Source: Squalus acanthias (lineage: Eukaryota). From it: a stretch of 64,000 nucleotides of DNA. The stretch is taken from positions 119,724,001 to 119,788,000 of the forward strand of contig CM059431.1 of the NCBI GenBank assembly GCA_030390025.1, in the 5' to 3' direction. Both the position numbers and the translations under genes were made by a program. Within the stretch, counting starts at the first letter, position 1. Every line of letters starts with the position of its first letter. The notes beneath the pieces are model-generated. The model was not told the origin of the DNA and did not search any database. It saw nothing but the letters and a program-made list of their open reading frames with translations. This document shows positions 12,851-25,018 of the stretch, one piece after another.

Positions 12851-13177
12851 TTTTTTCTTTTTTCCAGCCAACAGCAGAAGATTCAACAAGGATCAATCAG
12901 TTTGCAGTTCAAGCTGTGTTACCCATATCACTTACATCTTGATTTGACATGCTGGTGGATCTATTAAAATCAGCACCATTGTGGAGTAATAGTGGCAGGA
13001 GATGCTGACAGAGTTTTTTTTGAAAATAATACATTTCTAGCTTACAGGTTAGCATCTATTGCATCCACGATGACACTCAAACGTGTGTGCAATATCCTAT
13101 GTTATTCATCAACAGAAAATGACAGCACTTGATGAATGTCTGAATGATCTGTCATCACTGCCAAATCATTCTGCATG

Positions 13178-15450
13178 TCATAGAGTCATAGAGTCATAGA
13201 ATCACAATGGCACAGAAGGAGGCCATTCGGCCCATTGAGTCCGTGCCGGCTCTCTGTAGCGCAATCCAGTCAGCCCCATTCCCCCGCTCTATCCCCGTAG
13301 CCCTGCAAGTTTATTTCCCTCAACTGCCTATCCAGTCTCCCCTTGAAAACATTGAGTGTCTCCGCTTCCACCACTTTCATCGGCAGCGAGTTCCAGGTCC
13401 TCACCACTTGCTGCGTAAAAAAGTTTTTCCTCATGTCCCCCCTGTATCTCTTGCCCAAAAACTTAAATCTGTGTCCCCTAGTCCTTGTACCATCAACTAG
13501 TGGGAACACCTTTCCCCGTCTAGCCTATCCAAACCCGTCAAAATCTTGTACACCTCTATCAAATCACCCCTCAACCTCCTTTGCTCTAATGAAAACAAAC
13601 CCAGCTTCTCCAACCTGTCCTTGTAGCTAAGATCCCCCATCCCCGGAACCATTCTGGTAAATCTCCTCTGCACCCTCTCAATGGCCTTCACATCCTTCCT
13701 AAAGTGCGGTGACCAGAACTGGACACAATATTCCAGTTGTGGCCTAACAAGCGCTTTATAAAGGTTCAGCATAACTTCTCTACTTTTGTACTCAATACCT
13801 CTATTTATGAAGCCCAAGATCCCATATGCTTTGCTAACTACTCTCTCAATATGTCCCGCCACCTTCAGGGACCTATACACATTAACTCCCAATTAGCTTA
13901 GCCAAACACAATCTGCCTTTTACAAATCCGTGTTGGCTCTCCTTAATTAGCTTAAACCTTTCCAAGTGCCAATTAATTTTTTCCTTGATTATTGTTTCTA
14001 AAACTTTACCCACCACTGATGTTAAACTGACCGGCCTGTAGTTACTAGGATTGTCCTTACACCCTTTCTTGAACAATGGTGTCACATTTGCCACATTCCA
14101 ATCCTCAGGCACCTCCCCTGCATCTAGGGAAGATTCCAAAATTATGGCAAGCCCTTCCGCTATTTCCTCCCCCAATTCCCTTAGCAACCTGGGATGCAAG
14201 CCATCTGGACCAGGTGACTTATCCATTCTAAGCATACCCAACCTTTCTAGTATATCCTGTCTATCAATTTTCACCCCTTCCATTGCTTCTATCTTTTCCA
14301 CTTCTACCGATATTTTGTCAGCATCCACCTCCTTAGTAAACACCGATACAAAGTACTAATTGAGTATTCTAGTCTTGCCCTGCACCTCTAAGCATATCAC
14401 CTTCTTTGTCCCTAATAGGCCCCACCCCGCCTCTTACTACCTGCTTACTGTTTACATGCCGGTAGAAGATTTTTGGGTTCCCTTTTATGTTAACTGCCAT
14501 TCTACTCTCATATTCTCTCTTTGCCAATCTTATTTTCATCTTCACTTCCTCTCTCAACTTATTGTATTTGGTCTGGTTCTCCCTTGAAGAATTCACCTGA
14601 CATTCATCGTACACCCTCTTTTTTTGTTTCATCATCTTCTCTATCTCCCTCGTCATCCAAGGAGCCCTTGCTTTGGTTCTCTTACCCTTCCCTCTTGTTT
14701 GAATGTACCTAGCCTGTACTTGGAACATCTCCTCCTTAAAGATTACCGTTGTTACCATTGTTCCGTTACAGTTTTCCCTGTCAGTCTTTGGTTCCATTTT
14801 ACCCTGGCTAGATCCTTTCGAATCCCATTGAATTTAGCCCTATTCTAGTTTAGAAGTTCCACTCTTGATTGTTCCTTGCTTCCTCTCCATTGCTAATCTA
14901 AATCTTATGATACGATGATCACTCGTACCCAAGTGTTCTCCCACAGACACTTGGTCGATCTGGCCCACCTCATTCCCCAGCACCAGATCCAGCAATGCCT
15001 CCTTCCTAGTTGGGCCAAGAACATACTGGTCAAGGAAATTCTCCTGAACACATTTCAGAAATTCCTCCCCCTCCTTTCCCTTTACCCTAGCATTATCCAA
15101 ATCGATATTTGGGTAATTAAAGTCCCCCAATATCACCACTCTATAGCTCTTGCATATCTCTGCGATTTCCCTGCAGATTTGCTCCTCTACCTCCCTCTCA
15201 CTATTTGGAGGCCTGTAGAATACCCCCAATAGCGTGATCACACCCTTTTTGCTCCTTAACTCTAAAAAAATGGATTCTGTCCTTATCCCCTCAAGAACAT
15301 CCTCCCTTTCCAACACTACAATGTCTTCCTTAATGAGCACTGCCACCTCACCTCCCTTTTTTCCTTCCCTATCTTTTCAGAACACCTTGTACCCTTTAAT
15401 ATTAAGTGCCCAGTCCTCACCATTTTTAAGTCCCGTTTCCGTTATTGCTA
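13178..15450 (-). mobile_element. CR1 LINE, 5'-truncated, internally deleted ORF2 (APE endonuclease + partial RT)
   Basis: GVFYRPP, GDFNYP, LDLVL, SDH (endonuclease); KSPGPDG, NYRPVSLTS, QHGF (RT); YKALVRPQLEYCVQFWSP; (tcatagag)n tail at 13178-13200. Confidence 0.95.
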
Positions 15451-15584
15451 GACAGTGCCCACAATTCGGTATCATTGCTAGAGCGTGCCCAGAATGCCCA
15501 TATCTTAAGTGAAACATGGATTTTCCTCTTTTTGGAAGATAAGGACATTAAAATTAGGTTATCTGCTTGAAACATGCCTTAGGA

Positions 15585-18500
15585 CATCAACAACAGCAAC
15601 AAAGTAGTAAAACGTGCCAAGGTGCTTCACAAGACTATAATAAAACAAAAACTTTGACACCGAGCCACTTAAGGAGAAATTAGGGCAGGTGACCAAAAGC
15701 TTGGTCAAAGAGGTAGGTTTTAAGGAGCATCTTAAAGGAAGAAAGATAGAGAGGCAGAGATGTTTAGGGAGGGAATACCAGAGCTTAGGGCCTAGACAGC
15801 CGAAGGCACGGCTACCAATTATTGAGCGATTATAATCAGGGATGCTCAAGAGGGCAGAATTAGAGGAGCGCAGATATCTCGGCTGTTTGTGGGCCTGGAG
15901 GAGATTACAGAGAAAGGGAGGGGCAAGGTCAGGGAGGGATTTGAAAACAAGGATGAGAAGTTTGAAATCGAGGCATTGCTTAACTGGGAGCCAATGTAGG
16001 TCAGCGAGCACAAGGGTTATGGGTGAACAGGACTTGGTGCGAGTTAGGACATGGGCAGCCGAGTTTTGGATGACCTCAAGTTTACGTAGGGTAGAATGTG
16101 GGAGGTCAGCCAGGAGTGCGTTGGAAGAGTCCAGTCAATAAAAAAGGCATGGGTGAGGGTTTCAGCATTGGATGAGCTGAGGCGGGGCGGAGACAGGCGA
16201 TGTTATGGAGGTGGAAATAGGCGGTCTTAGTTATGCCGCGGATATGTGGTCAGAAGCTCATTTCAGGGTCAAATATGGCACCAAGGTTGCGAACATTGTG
16301 GTTCAGCCTCAGACAGATGTTAGGGAGAGGGATGGAGTCAGTGGCTAGGGAACAGAGTTTGTGGCGGGAAACGAAAACAATGGCTTCGGTCTTCCCAATA
16401 TTTAATTGAAGAAAATTCCTGCTCATCCAGAACCAGATGTCGGACAAGCAGTCTGACAATTTAGAGACCGTGGATGGGTCGATAGAAGTGGTGCTGAGGT
16501 AGAGCTGGGTGTTGTCAGCGTACATGTGGAAACTGACGCTGTGTTTTCAGGATGATGTCGCCAAGGGGCAGCATGTAGATGAGAAATAGGAGGGGGCCAA
16601 GGATAGATCCTTGGGGGACATCAGAGGTAAGCAGAAATAAAAGCCATTGCAGGTGTTTCTCTGGCTACGATTAGATAAATAAAAATGGAACCAAGTGAGT
16701 GCAGTCCCACCCAGCTGGACGACGGTGGAGAGGCGTTGGAGAAGGATGGAGTGGTCAACCATGTCAAAGCTGCAGACAAGTCAAGAAGGATGAGGAGGGA
16801 TAGTTTACCTTTGTCACAGTCACAAAGACTGTCATTTATAACTTTGATGAGAGCCGTTTCGGTACGGTGGCAGGGCGGAAACCTGATTGAAGGGATTGAA
16901 ACATGGAGTTGCGAAAAAGACGGGCACGGATTTGGGAGGCGACAACACGTTCAAGGACTTTGGAGAGGAAAGGCAGATTGGCGATGGGACGGTAGTTTGC
17001 AAGGACGGAGGGGTCAAGGTTTTTTTTTGAGAGGGGTGATGACGGCAGATTTGAGAGAGGGGGGTCAGTACCTGAGGAGAGAGAATCATTAACAATGTCA
17101 GCTAACATGGGAGCCAGAAAATGAAGTTGGATGGTCAGCAGTTTGGTGGGAATAGTGTCGAGGGAGCAGGAAGTGGGTCTCCTGGACAAGATGAGCGTGG
17201 AGAGGTCATGAGGAGAGTTTGGAGAGAAACTGGAGAAAGATGCGAGATCAGGGCTAGAGCAGGGGGGAACCTTAGAGGAAGTTTGGCCCGGTGGGCTAGG
17301 GAAGGAAGGGAAGTGGCAGAGGCAGCTCAACGGATGGTCTCAATCTTAGAGACAAAGAAGTCAATGAGCTCCTCACACTTGTTGTCGGAGGTGAGGGTGG
17401 AGGAGATAGGGGAGAGGGGTTTAAGAAGACGGCTAGCAGTAGAGAATAGAAGCTGAGGTTTATCTTTGCATTCCAGAATGATTCTGGAATAGTGAGCAGT
17501 TGTGGCAGAGAGCAGGACCCGATAGTGCTTTATGTGGTCCAGCCAGATCTGGCGGTGAATGACTAAACCAGTTGTCCGCCATTTCCGTTCAAGTCTACAT
17601 CGCTTGGACTTAAGGGAGTAAAGATGAGGGCCGTACCAGGGGGAATGGACAGGGTGAGAGAGGGTAATTGTTTTAACAGGGACTAGGGCATCAAAGGTGG
17701 TGGTGAGGGTGTGGTTGAGCAGATAGGTAGCTGCAGAAATGTTGTGGTGAATGGAGGGCCAAAGGCTTCACAGTTGGGATTTTGTAAGTGTAGTTGTAAG
17801 AGAGAGGGCCAAAAATTTGGCCCTTCCCGGGTGAGTACACAGTCTGTACTCGTCCGTAATGCGTCCCGAAGTGCCGGTTTCCTGCATGCACTGCGCATGC
17901 GCGGGAAACCGGAACTTCCGGTATGGTGAAGGGGCGGTTCCTAGGTGAACCGCGTGCTTGCTAGAGGCTGCGCGCACGCAGCAAACTTAGGTTTTTTTTC
18001 AGGTTTCTACGCGAGGGTAAGTATTGAAGAAACTACGCTATTAAAAAGGAGGCGCAAGACCCGTTTTCAACAAGGTAAGTGGTTAATTAAGTATAATTTA
18101 AAAAAAATTTCAACAGGTTTATCTTTTTTAGATACTTTAAAGAAAGGTAAGTTTATTTTTATCACTTTTAAAAAGTATTTTAATTTTTTCAAAAATTTAA
18201 ATTTTTGTTTAAAGTGGTTAATTTATTTAAATATAGTTATTTTATAAATGTGATGGTTTTTTTTAAATTTATTTTAAGTTTAGCTGTTCTTTTGGGGCCG
18301 ATTTCAATTCACAGATTTGACAGGTCTCCTGTCAAATCTATGAATGAAAGATGGTCTGCTGCCATTGGCTCTCCATGGCCCACATGATCCCAGGGGACGC
18401 ATCGCATTAACTGCGCCCCTGGAACACGCAAGCACTGCGCGCCGGCACTTGGAGCAGGCCCAGGACCCGAAGTTCCCGTGGGCCCAAAACACAACGGCAG

Positions 18501-18985
18501 GCGCGGTAGGTCAGAGCGCGCGCAATCCTTACCCCCGCGGCAAGCCGGAGAGGCGAATTTCTGGGCCAGATTTTTTTCCAGGGGCGGACACAGAAGGAAG
18601 TAGGGTTGTGGGGGGTGGGGGGTCAGGGGGGCGGTGGGGCGAAGGAGGATGTGGGTGGATGACGATACAAGGAAGATTGACACAATGGGAGTTGCGAGGC
18701 CACGAGAGATGGCCAGGTCAAGGGGATGGCCGTGAGCATGGGTTAGGGCATTTACATGGAGGGAGAGATTAATGGAGGATAGGAGGCTAGTGAACTCAAA
18801 GGAGAGAGAACATGATGAATTGAGATGGAGGTTGAAATCACCGAGGATGAGAAGTCGCTCAGTGCAGAGGCTGAGGGAGGAAAGCAGTGAAGATATCTCG
18901 GTAATAAAATTTTTATGGTACTTGGCTGGCGGTAGAGAACGAGAATTTTAAATGAGAGGTGAGAGGGGTGGAATAAGGTGAGATG
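15585..18985 (-). mobile_element. L2 LINE ORF2 remnant, interrupted by a MITE
   Basis: [61 protein letters not shown]; endonuclease remnant at 18700-18985. Confidence 0.92.
17806..18567. mobile_element. Harbinger-type MITE inserted in L2
   Basis: TIRs gggccaaaaatt / aatttctgggcc, 3-bp TSD AGA (17803-17805, 18568-18570), AT-rich core; L2 sequence resumes on both sides. Confidence 0.85.
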
Positions 18986-19189
18986 CACATCACTGTGCAT
19001 AGGTTACCTGAATGTAAAGTATCTCATCTACAGAAACATTTGAAAGAATAATTGAGAGCTGACTGATCGCATTGTAATTGTCTGCATTGTGTGTGTATAA
19101 AGATCATCAATCTTCAATCTTTCATTTTTGTTTCTTCAGTTTGGTTTCACTGCGCCAGTTCTCAATTATACTTATTACTTTTTTTTGAA

Positions 19190-21020
19190 ACATAAGAACA
19201 TAAGAAATAGGAGTAGGAGTAGGCCATTCTGGCCCCTCGATCCTGCCCCGCCATTCAATAAGATCATGGCTGATCAGATCTTGGCCTCAACGCCACTTTC
19301 CCGCCCGCTCCTCATAACCCTTGACTCCCCTGTAGCTCAAATATCTGTCTATCTCCGCCTTGAATATATTCAATGACTCCGCCTCCACAGCTCTCTGGGG
19401 TAGAGAATTCCAAAGATTCACGACCCTTTGAGAGAAGAAATTCCTCCGCATCTCCGTTTGAAATGGGCGACCCCTTATCCTGAACTATGCCCCCTAGTTC
19501 TAAATTTCCCATGAGCGGAAACATCCTCCCTGCATCTACCCTGTCAAGCCCCCTCAGAATCTTATATGTTTCAATAAGATCACCTCTCATTCTTCTAAAC
19601 TCCAATGAGTATAGGCCAAACCTGCTCAACTTTTCTTCATAAGACAACCCCTTCATCTCAGGAATTAACCTAGTGAACCTTCTCTGACCAGTCCTCCAAT
19701 GCAAGTATATCCCTCCTTAAGTAAGGAGACTAAAACTGCATGCAGTTCTCCAGATGTGGTCTCAAGACTTCCCTACTTTTATACTCCATCCCCCTTGCAA
19801 TAAAGGCCAACATTCCATTTGCCTTCCTAATTACTTGCTGTACCTGCATGCTAACTTTTTGTGTTTCATGTACGAGGACACCCAAATCAATCTGTACCGC
19901 AGCATTTTGTAGTCTCTCTCCATTTAAATAATAATTTGCTTTTTTATTTTTCCTACCTAAGTGGATAACCTCACATTTTCCCACATTATACTGCATCTGC
20001 CTAATTTTTGCCTACTCACTTAACCTATCTATATCCCTTTGCAGACTCAATGGCCCGTATTTCCCGATCCCTACGGGTGTGTACGAGGTGACACCCATAG
20101 GGGCATCGGAAATGACGGTTTCAGGCATGCGAAGCGCATGCGCTGAAAACCGTCATTTCCGATCTGTCAAGAATCCTCTTGTCAGATCGGACGCCATCCC
20201 TGGAGAAGGGCCTCTGCGGGTGGAGAGTTCCGCTTTATGCAGAACCTCCGCCCGCTGAAATCACTTAAAAATCTTACGCCTGGTAAAAGCAGGCGTAAGG
20301 CCTGCTTTTACCAGCATAAGAGTTTAAAAAAAGTTTTAAAAAAAAATTTCACTCATTTATTCATTTATAATTTTAAAATACTTTAAAAAAGTAAGTTTAT
20401 TTTTAGCCCCGTAAAAAACTTTAATTATTTTATTCAAAAAATTACATTTTTGTTTAAAATATTGAATTTAATGTAACTTTAACTCATTTTAAAAACCTGA
20501 TGTTTTTTTTAAAATTTATTTAATGTTTTGATGTCTTTTTTCAGTGATCCCCATTCGTACTTTTGACAAGTCTATCTGTCAAAAGTATGACGGGGGATTC
20601 CCTTCTCCCATTGGCTCGCCTGGCCCACGTGATCCCAGGGACGCTTGCGAACCGCATGCGCCCCTGGGATACGTGGGCCCTGCGCATTTCGACTGTGGAG
20701 AGGCCCAGGATTGGAAATGGCCAGACCTCGGGAGCTCTCAGGTAAGGGCGTAGATTTTTTCACAATAGGAGGCATCCGCACACAGGAAGCCTCCTATCGG
20801 AAATTACGGACCTTTGTGTCCTCCTCACAACTTGCTTCCCACCTATCTTTGTATCATCAGCAAATTTGGCTACAGTACACACGGTCCCTTCATCCAAGTC
20901 ATTAATATATTGTAAATAGTTGAGGCCCCAGCACTAATCCCTGTGGCACCCCACTAGTTACAGTTTGCCAACCTGAAAATAAGCCATTTATCCCGACCCT
21001 TTGTTTTCTGTTAGTCAGCC
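19190..21020 (-). mobile_element. CR1 LINE 3' portion, interrupted by a MITE
   Basis: RRFTRLIPEMKGLSYEEKL...RGDLIETYKIL, QYNVGKCEVIHLG, FADD region at 20850-20870; (cataagaa)n tail. Confidence 0.92.
20052..20812. mobile_element. Harbinger-type MITE inserted in CR1 (relative of the 17806 family)
   Basis: TIRs ggcccgtatttcccgat / atcggaaattacggacc; AT-rich core; shared attggctc...ggcccacgtgatcccagg block. Confidence 0.8.
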
Positions 21021-21516
21021 GCCCTATTGAAGGCCCAGGCCCACCTAATGTCATATTCAGGCAGGCCTGTTAATGGAACAGGCGTAAAGCTGCTTTATTA
21101 CCAAAATTGGGGACCTACTTACACAACGCAAGTTCCACACACTTGTACCAGGTCTTGAATGGCTTAAACAGCAGTCCCTACAGGGCCCTCTGGAGACCGC
21201 TGAAAAAACGGCCACAAAACGTTCTTAAAAGTTATAATTTGGTGGAGCCAGAAGGAGCAGGAGTCAAGGCTTCTCCCCCTTGAATTTGCCTTCCCCTAAT
21301 ACCTGTGAACCATGTCAGTGCCGGAGCTGGGCAGAAATCGTCAAACTCCTGACTGGCGAGTTGCGTCGGGATACCCGTTTGCTGCCTACGGCTCATGGCT
21401 GCCATTCGAATGAGGCCCGATTTTGGTTTGGGCCTCAGGCCAGCACAGACCAGCGTGCAGAGCAATTGTTCCGCCAACCTGCTGCGCGAATTGGGCGCAT
21501 GTCAAATTTCTCCCCC
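21020..21516. mobile_element. Partial Harbinger-type MITE
   Basis: ggagccagaaggagcaggagt module; right end caaatttctcccc. Confidence 0.45.
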
Positions 21517-23049
21517 TTTAGGTGGAAACATAGAATTAGAAGTATGCTTATTAATTAAATATAAAGCAAAACTTGAGAAAACATTATTCATTTCATATTC
21601 ATATTTTATTATAATTGGCTCATTCACATTAACTTCTCGATGCATCTGATTGTGATAACTGAGCTCCCATTTAGTTCGACTTGCCAGAGGGAATTTGGCA
21701 CTGAGCAGATAGGTTCACAGGGAGTTGCTGCTCAGAAGCTCTCACTGAATCTCCCATGCAAGCTTTGCGTTATTAGAATCGAAGCACTAAGACACTTGTT
21801 TGCATCCTAAAATTCTGGCAGCCCTAAAGTAGTCAGGTCAATGAATGCTTTGAAACGATGCCTAGTATTTTGTTCATAGTGGACCTTTCAGTCTGCTCGC
21901 CACAGAATTCCTCAGTGACTCAGTTCACAAAGAATAGAGTTTTCCCTTAAGAGATTTTTATCTCCTTATTTCGGTGTCCTTGACTTGTGGTGGATCTGAC
22001 TCCCATGCACAGTTTTTAAGGGTTTTACTTTTCTTCTCTTCTTACCATACTTCTTGCTCTACACAAAAGAATGAGGCTGATTGTTACTACGGATAATGTG
22101 GGAATAATCACAGCATCAATGAGCGTGAATATTATTCAAGAAATTCAGAACAAGTGAAGCCCAGGCCACTGGAGGCCCTCAGACAGAGGAGCCATTGAAA
22201 GCCATTACACTGGTTTCAGTGACAGTCACAGATCTTTTTAAACTCGTGTGAGTCTGTCTTGCTACTGTGCTCAGCATGGGTTACTGTCTGTCATCTGATA
22301 GTTTATTGCTTCATTGGAGCATCGAAATCTAAGATGTTGAATTTTTTTTTTTACAGACACGATTCTGATGAAGGATTTAAGAGCTTTCACCAAACAAAAA
22401 TGGCTACTTGTATATTCCCTCATTTTCTCCAAGACGAGAAAAAAATCTAAAATTCAACAGTTAATTCCATAGTTAATTTTGGATGGTTTAAAAACAGAGC
22501 TAACTGCATTTAGTTTCTTGCTTTTCTGTGCAAGATAGCACAATTTCAGCAGGGGAAAAAGGATCCAAATAAAACAAACCTTCAGTGAATTAAGTCATTT
22601 TACTGTACAGTATTTGGTAACAACAATAAACAAACTGAGAAGGACAGTGGATTTAGAAAGCTGACATCAGACTTTACTATAATCTCTTGTTAGTTCGCTA
22701 CAGTGAAGGACCAATTTATAAAGGAAATGCAACAGTGTGCTCAGAATACAGAAAACCAAGTTCAAAGCTTTGGACTGCATTTATCATGCATTTGCTGGCA
22801 CAGCATGTTAAACAGCGCATATTACAGAGGAGTTGATTACAGAACTTATTTGATGAGTATGAAACACAAAACAACAGCAGTGAAAGCCTTTCTGCAATCA
22901 AAAACCTCTATTTGGCACTATCAATAATGCGATATTTTCTTTCTTTCATACTTTTCTCCTGTTATAAATAAGGCAAATACACATGATGGGATCTTCAAAC
23001 AGAATATTCCACAACAGATTTTTAATGCAGCTGAAAACATAGATTAAAA

Positions 23050-23472
23050 GAAAGAACATGCATTTATACAACACTTGTCACATCTTCAGGATGTCCCGAA
23101 ATGCTGTACATCCAATAGATTAATTTGACGTGCAGTCCCTGTTGTTATGTAGGCAAAGACGGCAACCAATTTGCTCACAACAAAGTCACACAAACAGCAA
23201 GTGAATGAATGACCAGGTATTTTGTTTTTGGTGAGTTGGTTGAAGAAGGAATGTAGGCCACGACTTATTAGGGAAACCTGGTGCTTTTTTATGAATAGAG
23301 CTATGGGACAGACTGGACCATCGTTTAACATCCTATCTGAAAGACAGCACCTCTGGCAGCCCAGCTGTTACGTGTTAACCTAGATAATGTGCTTGAGTCC
23401 TGGCTGGGGCTTGTACTTACTATCTCCTGGCTCAGTGTCGAGATTGCCACCAATTGAGCCAAACTGGCACTT
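23050..23472 (-). mobile_element. Degenerate DeuSINE copy
   Basis: Reverse complement resembles 12445-12850 (tail, ttgtttgtg...aaattgg, tgttaaac core). Confidence 0.6.
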
Positions 23473-23784
23473 ACTCATGTATGGAGTACTATTCCCCATT
23501 GTTTGACTTAAATTGTTCTCCTTTTGCTATAGTAATGGCAAAACATTGGGTAATACCCCTTAAAAGAAAAATTCAAAGTCGATCACCTGACTACCACTTC
23601 CCTACCTAAGACACTCTCGCATTACCATTTTTGGTTCTTATACCCAAAAGGTACTGAAATATATGGGACGAGTGAGAAATAGGATTCTATTCTTACAATT
23701 TAAAAAAAAGCACTTAAAAGGATGTCTAGAGAAACTTTGCTTTTATGTCCTAATTCATTCATATGTCAATAGATTAATGTACAA

Positions 23785-24886
23785 ATGCTAATCTACAGAA
23801 CAAATGGGAAACTGTTCAACCTCCGTCGCCTCCAGTCCAGATCCAAGGTCGTTCTCAACCTCTGTCATCGAATTACAGTATGCAGACGGCGCTTGCGTCT
23901 GCGCACACTCAGAGGTCGAACTCCAAACCATCGTCAACACCTTCACCGAAGCATACGAGAGCGTGGGCCTTACACTAAACATCCGTAAGACAAAGGTCCT
24001 CTAACAACCTGCCCCGCCACACAGCACTGCCCCCCGATTATCAAAATCCACGACGAGGCCTTGGACAACGTGGACCACTTTCCATACCTCGGGATCCTAC
24101 TGTCAACAAGGGTAGACGTCGATGACGAAGCCCAACACTGCCTTCAGTGTGCCAGTGCAGCCTTCGGTCGCCTGAGGAAGAGAGTGTTTGAAGACCAGGA
24201 CCTCAAACCCGGCACTAAGCTCATGGTCTACAGAACAGTAGTGATACCCGCCCTCCTGTATGCTTCAGAGACATGGACCATGTACAGCAGGCACCTCAAA
24301 GCACTGGAGAGGTACCACCAATGCTGCCTCCACAAGATCCTGCAAATCCATTGGCAGGATAGGCGCACCAATGTCCGTGTTCTCGCTCAGGCCAACATCC
24401 CCAGCATCGAAACTTTAACCACGCTCGATCAGCTCCGATGGACGGGCCACATTGTCCGCATGCCCGATACGAGACTCCCAAAACAAATGCTCTACTTGGA
24501 GCTCCGACACGGCAAGAGAGCCCCAGGTGGGCAGAGGAAACGATTCAAGGACAACCTCAAAGCCTCCTTGAAAAAGTGTAACATCCCCTCTGACACCTGG
24601 GAATCCCTGGCCCAAGACCACTCAAAGTGGAGGAGAAGCATCCGGGAAGGCACGGAACACTTCGAGTCTCTTCGTCGGGAGCAAGCGGAAGCCAAGCGTA
24701 AACAGCGGAAGGAGTGCACGTCAACCCAAGCACCCCACCCACCCGCCCCTTCAACCACCATCTGCCCCACCTCTGACAGAGACTGTAGGTCCCGCATTGG
24801 ACTCATCAGTCACCTGAGAACTAATTTTTCGTGTGGAAGCAAGTCATCGGTTCCGAGGGACTGCCTAAGAAAAAAGAGAAGAAGAA
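23785..24886 (+). mobile_element. RTE-clade LINE, 5'-truncated
   Basis: LQYADG (YADD), GLTLNIRKTKVL, FPYLG, LLYASETWT, LRWTGHIVRMPDTRLPKQ, C-terminal zinc-finger-like CPTSDRDCRSRIGLISHLRT; (gaa)n tail. Confidence 0.92.
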
Positions 24887-25018
24887 ATGCATGACTGACA
24901 GTGCAAGTATAGGCCAATGTAAAAATCCAAACTGAGGAAACCAAATCATGCAGAAGTAAGATCAAGTGGGAACGCAGATGGCCAAATTAGTCAGTGGAAG
25001 ATAATAATAAAGAACTAA

